A stretch of 64,000 nucleotides of DNA from Blepharisma stoltei ATCC 30299 (lineage: Eukaryota; Protista; Ciliophora): assembly GCA_965603825.1 (NCBI GenBank), contig CBFDEM010000018.1, positions 806,001 through 870,000 of the forward strand, read 5' to 3'. Of this stretch, positions 36,900 to 51,670 are shown in pieces (position 1 is the stretch's first letter; every line of letters starts with the position of its first letter). The notes beneath the pieces are model-generated. The model ran no database searches. It was not told the origin of the DNA and saw only the letters and a list, made by a program, of their open reading frames with translations. Both the position numbers and the translations under genes were made by a program.

Positions 36900-38228
36900 A
36901 TGATGATACTTACTTTTCTTATTAGCTGCACCTTTCTGAGAAGCTATGCCTTGCTACAGCCAGAGCAAATTCACTTGTCTTGAACAGAAAGAGAAAATGA
37001 AATGAGAGTAACATGAGTCACAAATATCAATACAACCACGTATGTAGCATACCGTCCTGTGATGTGCCCGTCAGCAGTATACTCTGACAAATGAACAAAT
37101 GTAAGTGCTAATACAATAAAATTCAACAAAGGCGAAATAATAGTGTTGTTCCAATTCATACATACGGCTATTATGACTGGATTGAAGCATGACTGCTTTT
37201 ATGAGTATTATATCGTAACAGCATGGGGTAAAAGCGAGCCATACATGTTTAGCGGAAGGACCCCAGACTATGAGCCTCCATATGACGACGCAAAAAATGA
37301 AATAGATATTTTGGTCTTTGGTGACTGGGGCACAGGGTCGAATAGTTTATATGTAAAAAACATGCTGGATCAGCATATAAAAATAAGGAACTTTTTAGGG
37401 GTGATTCACTTGGGCGACATTGCTTATAATTTAGACCAAGAGGATGGCCAAACAGGAGATGACTTTTTGAATCAAATGCAACCAGTTGCTGCAAGGTTTG
37501 CCTATATGGTTATTCCTGGAAATCATGAAAGAACATCTAACTTTACGCATTATAAAGAAAGGTTTAGGATGCCAGTAAACGAAGCAAACGGAGGAAACAG
37601 CTGTTTTTATTCTTTTAATTTAGGCCCTGCTCATTTTCTCATGATGGATACTGAAGTTTATTTGCATGACTATCTAAGAGATTCACAGCTTACTGAGACA
37701 AATTGGATTGCTCAAGACTTAGAAAAAGCAAACAAAGAGCGAGACATTAGGCCTTGGATTATTGTTACTTCTCATCATGCGTTTTATTGCTCAGTTAACC
37801 ACGCCTTGAGTCCAGAATGCGGTGTGCAAAGCTATCTTTATAACGCTCTTTTTGAAGAAATGTGAAATTATTATGGGGTAGACTTGTTTCTTGAAGGGCA
37901 CGTCCACAATTATGAAAGAGATACTCCAATTTATAAGAATGAGACTGTAAAAAGCGAATATGATGACCTTCATATGCATAAAAACCCAAATGCTCCAATC
38001 TATATTGTCAGTGGAAATGCTGGAAATAAAAGAGGTCATAATGACCCAATTCCAGAGGTACTGATGCCTTGAACTGTTTTTATGCATGAAGATTATGGCT
38101 ATGGATTGCTAAAAGTTTTCAATAAAACTCATCTTTATTGGGAACAATATTCTGCAATGACTGGAGATACAATTGATTATGTATGGATTGTAAAAGACCG
38201 GCTAAGATACGATAAGCCTAATTACTAA
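36900..38228 (+). CDS. Purple acid phosphatase (ACP7-like), secreted, 442 aa
   Basis: Signal peptide; QPEQIHLSW(TGA), MRVTW(TGA)VT; metal motifs GDWG, GDIAY, GNHE, SHH, GHVH. TAA at 38226-38228. Confidence 0.93.
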
Positions 38229-38404
38229 GCAGAAGCCAAAATAGTTATTATAAATTAATTTTCAATTAATTTAGATCGTAAAATAGAATTTTTTACATAA
38301 ATAGCTCATTTATTTTTTATTAATAAAATTATGCAATTGGCTCTTCAGAAAAGCGGCAAAATAATTAATTGATTCTAATTTTTGATAATTTATTCGAAAA
38401 TTAA

Positions 38405-38959
38405 TTAATTATGTGTGTCGGTCATATTTTTAGAAAATTCTTGCTTTTCCATATCTAGTTTAGGCACATCTTGTATCCCTATAGAAATTGCTTGATCTCT
38501 CGTAATAAACCTTCCTTTGTATCGCAGTCTTTTATCAGCGACTTTTTTCCTGGAATCATAGTTTACTTTTTTTCGCCATGTCCTTCTTGCCTTCTTCTCT
38601 CTATACTTCTGAAGCTTCTTTTGCCTTTCTTCATAGCTGATGCTTCCTATTTTATTACTGTTGCAAGGGATTACAACAAATTGGTAAATAGGAATTGCTT
38701 TCTGAGCATCTGATTGATCATCAGAGGTGTATTCAGAAATTGTAGTGCTTGCTACTTCTGAAGGGAATAGATTTGGTTCAACAAGTGAAATATCTTGAAG
38801 ATCACTGATGTGCGAGCATAATGGATCTTCTTGTAGATTGGGAGGAAAAGGCATTTCAAAGCTAGCTTGAAATGAATTGCATCTATCACGTTCTAAAAAA
38901 TCCCCATGGATTGCTTCAAGGTCGTATTCGCATAGAAAGTTATCTTGAAAGCGCTCCAT
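38405..38959 (-). CDS. CCT-domain protein (CONSTANS/CO-like/TOC1 motif)
   Basis: ERQKKLQKYREKKARRTWRKKVNYDSRKKVADKRLRYKGRFI; acidic N-terminus. Confidence 0.88.
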   Translation of the reverse strand: MERFQDNFLCEYDLEAIHGDFLERDRCNSFQASFEMPFPPNLQEDPLCSHISDLQDISLVEPNLFPSEVASTTISEYTSDDQSDAQKAIPIYQFVVIPCNSNKIGSISYEERQKKLQKYREKKARRTWRKKVNYDSRKKVADKRLRYKGRFITRDQAISIGIQDVPKLDMEKQEFSKNMTDTHN

Positions 38960-39502
38960 TTATGATTTAAATAATTAGGTATAGACCGGATAACTTATCA
39001 TGAAGTTTGCATTTTCGGTTCAGTAGAACCTCTGTGCAACAGGAAAATAAAAAAAAATTATAAACTCTTTAATATAAAATTTGATAGAATATATTGTAAA
39101 GTTCTTCAAATGGATCATATAAATGAGTTAAACAATCAATATATATTTGAATAACAAACAAATTAAAATTTTTTGTGATAATTTAATAATTTTTCATTTT
39201 AAATTTGAGCGTGAACGAATATTTAAAAATCCCTGAATTTTAGTAAAATTATTATATCATGAAATACAAATTCTTTATATTTCAATATTAATAATTTTTA
39301 TAGAAGAATTTATCAGGGTTGCAAGTTTGTTCTTTATTTTCAGCATCGCTCAATTAGAATGGTCAAATAATTAAAATATTAGCAACTCTCACTTATCAAC
39401 TTTTCAGAAGCTTTATATATAATTTATAATTTAATTACGAGAAACAGAAATATTTACTAATCTAAAAGCATATAAATTAACGATTGAAACAAGATACATT
39501 TA

Positions 39503-42500
39503 TTATTTAGACATATATGAAGCTTCAAATTCATAGCTGAGCTTTTGTGCTTCATCATTAGACCTTTCTACATAGAAATATTTTGCTTCTCCTTCAATTC
39601 CTGCTTGGGAAGGAGTTTTCTTAGATAATTGAAATTTAAAGAGCCTCTGGATATCTTGGCCTTTTGCGCTGACTAATAATGATGGAAGATACCTACTCTG
39701 ATATAAAGTCCCTGCAGCGCCCAAGGATACTCAGCCAATTCCAAGAAGACACTGGGCAAGTATTAGGTTAAGGAGAGAAGTAGCAATACATATTCAGAGC
39801 CATAAACATCCAGTCAAAAATATTGAGTACCACATAGAAGCTCTATGATAATTGTATGGCTTTCTCACAAATCATATACTTACTACAAGCCAAGATATTA
39901 TTACTGTGCAACATACATTTTCTGCAATTTCTGAAGCCGGCAAAAGGGTTGTGTTTAATACAACCAGTACAATTTGTCAAAAACTTTTACCAATTGAGTG
40001 GAGTGGCTGCTCTCTAAAATGAAAAACTATACTTTCAGTCTCATCTTGCCAAGTTGGCCTAAAATATAAGCTTGCTGGCAAATAGAATAGCAGAATAACA
40101 GACGATAATATTACATATTCGAGATGCTTATCTTGTCAACAAAACACTTTGCAATCTAAATTGAAATAACTGTCTTTGTATCCGTCTCCAATGCTGTTTG
40201 TACATTGAAAGGTCAGAAATAAAAACCTGAAAATAGGGAGGAATAGCACATCTCCTATAATTGGTAGACAGTATTTTCCTAGTTCGTCCAAAGCTTCAAA
40301 GAGAAGTAATTTACTATTTTCTCCAATTCGAAAAATTCGCTGTAAAAGCAATGCAAGCCATAAAATAGCAATAATGTTCATTAATTTTATTTGGTGCCAA
40401 ATATCTCACTCGCTACCTTCCGTTCAATTTCTTAAATCGAACATCGACAATTTGGTGAAAGTGGAGAGTCCAGGAAATAATTCACTAAAATCTGGTCCTA
40501 ATGCTATATATTGTAAGGATTCTATTCCCATAGTAATATAAATTCAAGTATCAAGAATCGTTTCTTCCTCAACAGTATCAAGCATAGGAAACTCTCTTGT
40601 GTATAAAAAATCAAAATATTTATAAATAAAGCACACTCCAAAGATAAATGGGATTGAGCCAATTCCCGCTAATAGCAAATATCCGTATAAAAATGACTTA
40701 CTCTCACTTCCTTTAAAAGGGCAGGGAAGATCAGCCCCCACAATATCGCTAGGCAATTTTCCATTATTTCAAACATACCAAGTGTTAGTATGAAAAGACT
40801 GATACGCAATCACTTTGGAGGGGTCTCAGATTCCGCTCAACTCCATCTCTCACGTTGAGTTTTTTTGGACTAAGTTGTATACGCCAAATGCAATTGTGGA
40901 CCTATCGGCTCCATCAGCATTGATTTTAATTTTTCCAGAGCATCCATTAAATTTGACATACCTTACTGCTTGAGAAATTGAAGAATCTTTTAAATTAGCT
41001 CCTAGAGTAATCAAGAAATCTATTGCTAAAGCACCGAGATAGGTAGCATCAAAATGGAGACACATATAATCATAAGCAAACCCATACATATTCAAAATTT
41101 CTGTTTTTAAGCTTTCTCCAAAAGTCCCATAATATGATAAAAAACTGAGGTAATTTAACCCTTCCATCAGCTCTTTCCTCTTTAAATATTTAACTGGACC
41201 GATTTGGGTTTCATTCAAGTCAGCTGGATTTACCGTGCCATCGCTTACACATAGATAAATATCTCCTTTCCTAGCTCCTGAATCGTAAAAAGATTCAATA
41301 ACAGCAAGAACATCAGGAGGAGTCACTTCCATAACGACATACCTTGATTTTAAACTTATGATTTCTTCAGCTATAGACTTATCTGTCCCATTATATCCGA
41401 GAGGCACAATTCTGTTACTATTCATGATCTCTATATTGAAAGTTTTCGCCTTCTTCTCAAATTGATCTTTAAAATCAATACCTCAAGAAGTATTAGAGCA
41501 AACTAATGAGCATTTTGAGATTTCAAATGATGTTAGCATTAAAACAACATTTGAGGCAGTTAGTGTATTTGGATAGGAAACTCTAGCATATTGAGGGTAG
41601 TATATTTGATTACTCATACTACTTGAAGTTTGGATTCCTATAATAGATGTTGTTATGTTTAAAGCATGAAAAACTGAGATTGTCCCTACAGTTATTGGCG
41701 TTTGCAGCCCAGGAATAAAAAAGTAGCCAATTTTTTGTACGTATTTATTGAAGCAAGCATAGCTATAATTGTAATCAAACACTGAAGCTCCACAATCAGA
41801 AATATTTAAGGCTACTAGATTGAAATTGGACAATATTAACTGGTTATAATTTATATAATGTACTGCGAAAACAGATCCAGTTTGAAATATAGCGTTTTCC
41901 TCATAACTAGAGCCATCTGGATTTGAGATTCCTCCATTAAAGCTGATAGGTATTTGAATTTTTGAGTTATCAGGTATGTTAGAGGAATTTCCAGGAAAAA
42001 TGTATGATGATATGATGTCCACTAAATCTTCGGTTATACTTCCAATATTAGTTATCTGACCATTTTGAATGTTATTGATTCAAAATAAATAATCCTGGTC
42101 GCTAATTGATTTGATAATAATTCCAAGATTATAAATTGAATAGTAGCCCTGAATCTCACTGGTGTTTATAACTCCTAGAACCCAACTCGCCAATTGGCCA
42201 AGAAGATAAGAGAAATAATCTTCGAGGCTCTTTGGGACATATTCATGACTTGATATAATCAGTGAGCCTTCCAAATTTGCTTTTCAACCAGCTTGGTCAA
42301 GAAAAATAAAAACATATCCTTTATTATTCATATCTGCATCTGAAATAGCTTTTTGCACCATAACTGATATCTCCGGATTTGTCGCAATTATAATCACTTT
42401 GATTCCGAGCGGTTTAATTTGCTTTGAAATTATAAGTTGAAGCGTTTCATACGTTATCAGTGATGGAATTGCTGCTTGAAAAGCAATATTTATATTCCGA

Positions 42501-42979
42501 ATTGATTTAAAATTCAAGTCTATGTATTCTTCTCCTAGTATTACAGCTACCTTTTGTCATCCAAAATAATCTACCAGTGCCAAAGCTGATTTTCTTATTA
42601 AAGTATAAGAATCCCTCAAAAAATAAACAAAGTCTATAGAAGCGTCAGGGTTGTTTAAATACACAAATTGGATAAATCCTACCTCTTTTGCATCATTACT
42701 TATTAAGGAGGTTAAAGTCAAAGAATAAGTTGCATCAAGAATAAAATCAAAATCTCTAGTAGAAGCGAATAGTTCCCAGTCTGTAAGGTTGTTGATTTCA
42801 TTTGCAAAGTATAAAACATTTGAGTTCGCTGTGCAATTAAAGTTGACTAGATCGGCGCATTTGTAATTTTTTTCAAAAAAATTTATAACAGATGTAGGTG
42901 TAAATCGACTGTATAAAATTGGAATAATTATATATTGGCTTGATACAAAAGAAAGCAAAAAAGCAGCCAGAAACCCCAT
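39503..42979 (-). CDS. Tandem Venus-flytrap multi-TM receptor-like protein, copy A (~1158 aa)
   Basis: Eight track ORFs in one frame, separated only by TGA. Signal peptide; ANF-receptor-like motifs YFGWQKVAVI, AVHYIN..LIL.NF.L, YPQYARVSYP, FDATYL.A.AID, FNGCSGKIKI..DGADR; then ~9 hydrophobic segments. Confidence 0.85.
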
Positions 42980-43971
42980 CTTTTAATTTAATTTTGGCGA
43001 TTCTTTTTATGAATAAATTACAAGAAATTTCATTGATATATCTATATCATTAAACTTCATAATTATATCATGATTTTACTTATTTTTAAATTATTTAATA
43101 GTTCCAAAATGGATAATTCAAAGAACATTTCAAAGCGGACAAATAATAAAAAATAATAGTAGACAATTCTATTAAGCCCTTGTATAATGCTTTGAATTAA
43201 TTTCATAATGTTTCTGATAAGCCAAAAAATGATTTCACTAGCAAAAATTATAAATGTCCACGTTAAGTTCCTTTTGGTTCATCAGCACATTCAAGAAATT
43301 AAAGCAACAAATAGCAGCTTTATTTTTTATTTCTAAATGATCAAGCTGTTTACTAATTTCAATAAAAATAAATTATGATATTTCAAGCCTCAATGAACTA
43401 AGGATTAAAAGCATGGTTGCATCAATAGATCTGAAAGTTTCCATTTGAAGACTAAGTTAAGCTATGTTAGCATTATTGAAAATTCCCAACTATGCTGCGC
43501 TAGGAGCGAGATTTTTCACTTGCTTCATCTATTGACATCAATCAGGATATTCTAAACTGGTCTGACTGGTAATTTCTTAACTATTTGAATAACAAACAAA
43601 TTAAAATTTTTTGTGATAATTTAATAATTTCTTGATTTTATATTTGAGCGAATATTTCTGATTGATTCAATATAAAATTCTCTGCATTTCAGTATCCATG
43701 AAATGAAGATTCTTTATATTTCGACATTAATAATTTTTATAGAAGAATTAATCAAGATTGCAAGTTTGTTCTTTACTATCAGCGTCGCTCAAAGCTCAAA
43801 AATAAAGCTATAGCTAATATTTGAGAATTGTCAAATAATTAAAATATTAGTAAATCTCACTTATCAACTTTTCAGAAGCTTTACTATTATAAGTTATAAT
43901 TGAATAACGAGAAACAGAATATTTAATAATCTAAAAGCATGCAAATTAATGATTGAAACAAGATATAATTA

Positions 43972-46900
43972 TTATTTAGACATATATGAAGCATCAAATA
44001 CATAGCTAAGCTTTTGTGCTTCATCATTAGACTTTTCTACATAGAAATATTTTGCTTCTCCTTCAATTCCAGCTTGAGAAGGAGTTTTCTTAGATAATTG
44101 AAACTTAAAGAGCCTCTTAATATCTTGGCCTTTTGCGCTAACCAGTAATGATGGAAGATACCTACTCTGATATAAAGTCCCTGCAGCGCCCAAGGATACT
44201 CAGCCAATCCCAAGAAGACATTGAGCAAGTATTAGATTAATCAAAGAAAAAGCGGTGCATATTCAGAGCCATAAGCATCCAGTCAAAAATATTGAGTACC
44301 ACATAGAAGCTCTATGATAATTGTATGGCTTTCTCACAAATCATGTGCTTATTACAAGCCAAGATATTATTACTGTGCAGCATACATTTTCTGCAATTTC
44401 TGAAGCCGGCAAAAGGGTTGTGCGTAATATAACCAGTACAATTTGCCAAAAACTTTTACCAATTGAGTGGAGTGGCTGTTCTCTAAAATGAAAAACTATA
44501 CTTTCAGTCTCATCTTGTCAAGTTGGCCTGAAATATAAGCTTGCTGGCAAATAAAATATCAGAATAACAGACGATAATATTACATATTCGAGATGCTTAT
44601 CTTGTCAACAAAACACCTTGCAATCTAAATAGAAGTAACTGTCTTTGTATCCATCTCCAATGCTATCTGTGCATTGATAGGTCAGAAATAAAAACCTGAA
44701 AATAGGGAGGAATAGCACATCTCCTATAATTGGTAGACAGTATTTTCCTAGTTCGTCCAAAGCTTCAAAGAGAAGTAATTTACTATTTTCTCCAATTCGA
44801 AAAATTCGCTGTAAAAGCAATATAAGCCATAAAATAGCAATAATGTTCATTAATTTTATTTGGTGCCAAATATCTCACTTGCTATCTTCCGTTCAATTTC
44901 TTAAATCAAACATCGACAATTTGGTGAAAGTGGAGAGTTCAGGAAATAATTCACTAAAATCTGGTCCTAATGCTATATATTGTAAGGATTCTATTCCCAT
45001 AGTAATATAAATTCAAGTATCAAGAATCGTTTCTTCCTCAACAGAATCAAGCATAGGAAACTCTCTTGTGCATAAAAAATCAAAATATTTATAAATAAAG
45101 CACACTCCAAAGATAAATGGGATTGAACCGATTCCAGCTAATAACAGGTATCCGTATAAAAATGACTTACTCTCACTTCCTTTGAACGGGCAGGGAAGAT
45201 CAGCCCCCACAATATCGCTAGGCAATTTTCCATTATTTCAAGCATACCAAGTGATAGCATTAATAGACTGATACATAATTACATTGGAGGGGTCTCAGAT
45301 TCCGCACAACTCCATCTCTCACGTTGAGTTGTTTTGGACTAAATTGTATATGCCAAATGCAATTGTGGACCTATCGGTTCCATTAGTATTGATTTTAATT
45401 TTTCCAGAGCATCCATTAAATTTGACATATCTTACTGCTTTATAAATTGAAGAATCTTTTAAATTAGCCCCTAGAGTAATCAAGAAATCTATTGCTAAAG
45501 CACCGAGATAGGTAGCATCAAAATAGAGACACATAAAATCATAAGCGAACCCATACATAATCAAAAGTTCTGTTTTTAAGCTTTCTCCAAAAGTCCCATG
45601 ATATGATAAAAAACTAAAGTAAATTAGCCCTTCCATCAGCTCTTTCCTCTTTAAATATTTAACTGGACCGATTTGGGTTTCATTCAAGTCAGCTGGATTA
45701 ACTGTGCCATCGCCTACAACAAGATAAATATCTCCTTTCCTAGCTCCTGAATCATAAAAAGCTTCAATAACAGCAAGAACATCAGGAGGGGCCACTTCCA
45801 TAACGACATACCTTGATTTTAAACTTATGATTTCTTCAGCTATAGACTTATCTGTCCCATTATATCCGAGAGGCACAATTCTGTTATTATTCATGATTTC
45901 TATATTAAAAATTTTTGCCTGCTTCTCAAATTGATCTTTAAAATCGATACCTCAAGAAGTATTAGTGCACACAAATGAGCATTTTGAGATTCCAAATGAT
46001 GTTAGCATCAAAATAGCATTTGAAGCAGTTAGTGTATTTGGATAGGAAACTCTAGCGTATTGTGGGTAGTATATACTATTACTCATACTACTTGTAGTTT
46101 GGATTCCTAAAATAGATGCTGTGATGTTTAAAGCATGAAAAACTGAGACTGTTCCTACAGCTATTGGTGCCTGCAGCCCAGGAAGAAAAAAGTAGCCAGT
46201 TTTTTGAGTGTATTTATTGAAGCAAGTATAGCTATAGTTGTAATCAAACACTGAAGCCCCACAATCAGAAATGTTTAAGGCAACTAGATTAAAATTTGAC
46301 AATAACTGGTTATAATTTATATATTGTACTGCAAAAACAGATCCAGTTTGGAATATAGCGTTTTCCTCATATTTAGAGCCATCTGGGTTTGAGATTCCTC
46401 CATTAAAGCTGATAGGTAATTGTATTTTTGAGTTATCAGGTATGATAGAGGAATTTCCAGGAAAAATGTATGCTAATTTGATGTCTACTGAATCTTTGGT
46501 TATACTTCCAATATTAATTATCTGACCATTTTGAATGTTATTGATCCAAAATAAATAATCCTGGTCACTAATTGATTTGATTATAATTCCAAGATTATAA
46601 GTTGAATAGTAGCCCTGAATCTCGCTGATGTTTATAATTTCCATAACCCAACTCGCCAATTGGCCAAGAAGATACGAGAAATAATCTTCTAGGCTCTTTG
46701 GGACATATTCATGGCTTGATATAATCAACGAGCCTTCCAAATTTGCTTTTCAACCAGCTTGGTCAAGAAAAATAAAAACATATCCTTTCTTATTCATATC
46801 TGCATCTGAAATAGCTTTTTGCACCATAACTGATATCTCTGGATTTGTCGCAATTATAATGACTTTGATTCCAAGCGGTTTAATTTGCTTTGAAATTATA

Positions 46901-47445
46901 AGTTGAAGCGTTTCATACGTTATCAGTGATGGAATTGATGCCTGAAAAGCGATATTAATATTCCGAATTGATTTAAAATTCAAGTCTATGTATTCTTCTC
47001 CTAGTATTACAGCAATTTTTTGTCATCCAAAATAATCTACCAATGCCAACGCTGATTTTCTTATTAAAGTATAAGAATCCCTCAAAAAATAAACAAAGTC
47101 TATAGAAGCGTCAGGGTTGTTTAAATACACAAATTGGATAAATCCTACCTCTTTTGCATCATTACTTATTAAGGAGGTTAAAGTCAAAGAATAAGTTGCA
47201 TCAAGAATAAAATCAAAATCTCTATTAGAAGCGAATAGTTCCCAGTCTGCAAGGTTGTTGATTTCATTTGCAAAGTATAAAACATTTGAGTTCATTGTGC
47301 AATTCAATGAGGCTAGATCGAGGCATTTGTAATTTTTTTCAAAAAAATTTATAACAGATGTAGGTGTAAATCGACTGTATAAAATTGGAACAATTATATA
47401 TTGGCTTGATACAATAGAAAGCAGAAAAGCAGCCAGAAACCCCAT
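43972..47445 (-). CDS. Tandem Venus-flytrap multi-TM receptor-like protein, copy B (~1157 aa)
   Basis: Single frame with TGA=Trp. Close paralog of copy A over its full length. Confidence 0.85.
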
Positions 47446-48124
47446 CTTTTAATTTTAATTTTGGCGATTCTTTATATGAATAAATTACAACAAATTTTCA
47501 TTGATGCATCTCTATCATTAGATTTTATAATTGTATCATGCTTTTATTTATTTTTAAATTATTTAATAGTTCCAAATTCAAAGAGGACAATAATAAAAAA
47601 TAATAGTAGTCAAATTCTATCCAGCCCTAGTAATATTTTACTCTTTTTTAAACTTTAATTAAATAGAAATTCTTTGGATGTGCAATAATTACATATTGTA
47701 ACAGCTTTATTCTTTACTTCTAAATAATCAAGCTGTTTACTAATTTCAATAAAAATAAATTATGATATTTCAAGCCTCAATTATTAAGTGATTAAAGGCA
47801 TGGGTTTATCTATAGATCTGCAGGTCTCCATTTTAAGGTAGTGTAAGTTTTTAATTTAAATTATAATTATGTTCATTGTGCATAATATCATAGCAAAATG
47901 AGATTTAAAGAAAAATATTGGATAAATCAAGTCTAATCGGGATTCAATAACAAAATTTAAAATGATACCTATTTTAAATAGAAACACATTAATTCAATAT
48001 TAGAAAATTCACTTCTAGCCAATGCGGTTTCAAATATAATTATAAATATTAGCTAGATTGAATTGTTCAAACATTAAATTTATTATATTTAAAAATATAA
48101 ATAACTTTTAAATTATCCAAAAAT

Positions 48125-51100
48125 CTAGCTATCTTTGCTGCAACTTGAATTAAATACTTCCAGATTCAAGTTACTTGAGTCAATAAGATTTTTACTTGAC
48201 TGCATATTGTCTTCGCTCTGGAAATTATTCACTATAAAATTAAATCTTGTTCTATTGTTTGTTTCTTCATCATTTACAGAGCTTTGAGCATGCAAATATC
48301 TAACAGACTTAGAAATCCCAGCATCTTCGGGACTCATTGAAAATAGTTGAAACCTAAATAATTTGTGAATATTTTGAGCTTTTTCAGATTGTAAAAGAGA
48401 AGGAAGATACAATTTTTGATAAATGAGACCAGCAACTATAATGGCAGTTCACCCTACTCCAAGTAAAACTAATGCTAAGACTTTATCAAACTTTGCTAAT
48501 GCACAGGAAACCCAAATTAAGAGACTGCAAATTAAAAATATAATATATCACAATGAAGCTCTATCATAGTTAAAAGGCCTTTTAAATATTGAAATAGCTA
48601 TATATACCGATATTAACGCTATTCCAAGTCCTAAAAAGGTATCTTCTGATGCTGGACGAACAATTGTGTATAGAGAAATTAAAGCCATTTGGACAAAGCT
48701 CTTTAAAACACAATGAAATACAGTCTCTTGGAAATGAAAAGGATGGCTCTCTTTTCAAGTTGATCTAAAGTATAGGCTTGTAGGCATATATAAACAAATA
48801 GCTATTGAAGAGGTGATTACATAGCTAATATGCTTTCCTTGCCAGCAAAAAGTTGAGCAAGCATGGTCATTGAAACTGTCCTTAAAATTATCTCCAACAC
48901 TACTAGTACACTGATATGTTTGAAATAAAAACGAGCATATAGGGAGGAAAAGCGCATCTCCAATTAGAGGTAAAAAATAAAGATTGAATTCATTGATCGT
49001 CATAATTATAAAACTTTTTGATTTTCGAACTATTCTGACTTTTCTTAATAATAAAAGAATGATCCATAAAAAAGACAGAGCTTCAAATAGCTCAACTTGG
49101 TTTCAAAATGTGAACTTATCTTCCTTGATCCAACCCCTAATCTCAAGGGATGAAAGCTTAGTAACATTAGATCATTTAGGGAAAAAATTTGTAAAATCAG
49201 GTCCTATCTGCATATATTGTAAACTTTCAATAAGCATAAGCAGATATGAAAGAATGTCATATAAATTCTCTTTTTCTGGAGACGTCAGCTTTTGAAGCCT
49301 TGACTCAAAAATATAATAGTAAAATCTTATCAAAACGCCAATTCCTAATATGAAGGGAATAACTTCTATAATTATCAATAGAATATATCCATAAAAAAAT
49401 GATTGAATATCGATACTTCTGAATGGGCATTCTTGGCCGTCTCCAATAATGTCATTAGGAACTTCACCATCAGTTACTCAAGAAATAGTTTTAGTCATCT
49501 GAAGTACAATAAGTTGGCTTGGATCATAGAGCCCGCATGTATTAATTGTCCAGGTCGAGTTAATTTCTATTAAATTGTGGATTCCAAGATTTGTCGTTAA
49601 TCTGTCACTATCATCTTGACTTATCCTCACTATTCCAGAGCAGCCAGTAAATTTGATGTCTCTAATTATTTTAACGATTGTAGAGCTATTAACATTAACT
49701 CCTTCATGTAATAAATAGTCAATTGCATAAATTCCAAGATACGCGGCATCATAGAATAAGCACATATAGTCATACGCAAAGCCATATAATGATAAAAACT
49801 CATTTTCAATAGCTAAGCCAGCTTGGTTTTGAAATGCTGGAAAGCTTATATAAATGAGATTATTCATGATTTCTGCTCTTTTTTTATATGAATTAGAGCC
49901 AATTCTTTGTTCATCTAAGTCTGATAAACTTATCATTCCATCTCCAACGATCAAATAAATATCACCTTTTCTCATCCCTAAATCATATAATGCTTCTATC
50001 ACATATAAAATATCTGGCTGATAAATTTCCAATACAATATATCTGCTTTTGGCTTTGATCACTTCCTCTATAATATTGCTATTAGAGCTATTAAATCCTA
50101 AAGGAACAGCCATATTTTGATTCAAAATCTTTATGTTGTATGATTTCGCCTGATTTATAAATTGAGATTTGAAGTCTCTTCCTCATATTGAATCAGAATA
50201 CAATAAAGAGCATTTTGATATACCATAAATACTCAATATAAGTGCAGCTGCAGATGCTGTATGTGAGTTTGGATAAGAGACTCTGATGTATTGAGGATAA
50301 TACTTAAGATCATTCATAGTAGTTGATGTCTCTACTCCAATAACAGGAGTTGAAAGGTTAAGTGCTTCAAACAATTCAATCACTCCAAGGGCCATAGATG
50401 TTTCTAAAGCTGATATATGAAAATACCCGAATTCTAAAATATGATTTTCAAAGCATTCATGTGAAGAGTTATATATAAAATTGCTGCTTCCACAGTCAGA
50501 AATATTGTGAACAACAATATCAAAATTTTCTAACATTAACTTCTTAGTCTTTATCATATCAATTGTATAAGTAGCTCCTAACTGATTAATGGCATTTCTT
50601 CCATCATCTGTTGATGATGCTCCATTTATGCTAAATGCAATCTGCACAACATCATTGTTTGGAACGTTATAAGTTCCTCCAGGAAACATAACAGGCGAAT
50701 ATATATTGATTCCATCTCCATTGATCTTCCCTACTGATATTAAGTTTCCACTTTGGACATTTCAAATTGTGAATCCTTGAGATTCATATGTGAACAATTG
50801 CCCTATGAATTGATCCAGTGTATATGGAGAGTATGATCCTTGAATACCATTAGTAGTGATCATTTCGTATATTCCTACAGAAGTCCAGTATATAATATTA
50901 TTTATGAAATCAAGAATTCCAGTGCTATGATATCATCGCGCTTCCAATGTAATTGCTCCTTCTAAATATGCACCTCAAGAAGCCTCTTGCATGAATATAT
51001 ATGTATAGCCTTCTTTATACATATCTGCTTCTACCAAAGCTTGCTGGAACATTTGAGCAACATGGGTGCTTGTTTCAAAGAAAATCCATTTTACTCCTAA

Positions 51101-51670
51101 TGGCTTGATTTCCTTTGTTAATAGTGACACAACATATTCGTATGAAGCGGAATGTATAATTACATATTGGGCCACAATTTCAACACCCTCATCATTTGTG
51201 AAATCCATCCCGGTAAAATCGCTAGTTATTATAGCCACTGCTTTTTGAATATTATATTTTTTCGCAATAGATAAAGCAGCTTTTCTGTAAATAGAATACG
51301 AATAGTCTGAATAATAAACGTATTCTGAAGGATTTTCCGGAGCATTTCCATTAATAAATTGAATAAATCCATAAGTCCTTGCGTAGTAATTTATGAAAGT
51401 AGATATACTAAGAGAGGTCGTCCCATCATAAACAAAAATGTAATCAGAATTTTCAAAAATGTTTTCAAAATCTGAGAAATCGTTGATCTCTATCGCTACA
51501 TATTGAAATGGTGAATCTAAACTGCAGCCTGCTTCAGCGCCTGTTGAGCATACTAAATTGGCTTTAATATAGTCAACAATCCATCAAGGGGTATATTGGC
51601 TATATAAAATTGGAATTGTAACAAATTGGCTCGTAGAGAGCCATAAAAACAATGAAAGCAAAATAATCAT
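48125..51670 (-). CDS. Tandem Venus-flytrap multi-TM receptor-like protein, copy C (~1181 aa)
   Basis: ATG at 51670 (MIILLSLFLWLSTSQFVTIPILYS), missed by the track. Single frame to TAG at 48125. YPQYIRVSYP, FYDAAYL, FTGCSGIVRI...SDR. Confidence 0.85.

Larger units (their letters stand above)
39144..47838. repeat. Tandem segmental duplication (~39144-43450 and ~43582-47838) covering receptor copies A and B with their flanks
   Basis: Non-coding flanks align: TATTTGAATAACAAACAAATTAAAATTTTTTGTGATAAT occurs at 39144 and 43582, and ATCAAGCTGTTTACTAATTTCAATAAAAATAAATTATGATATTTCAAGCCTCAAT occurs upstream of both genes. Confidence 0.9.

Noticed and set aside
43200-43580. Slightly GC-richer spacer between receptor copies B and A as an ncRNA or gene relic
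   Set aside because: No sustained reading frame, recognisable motif or convincing structure.
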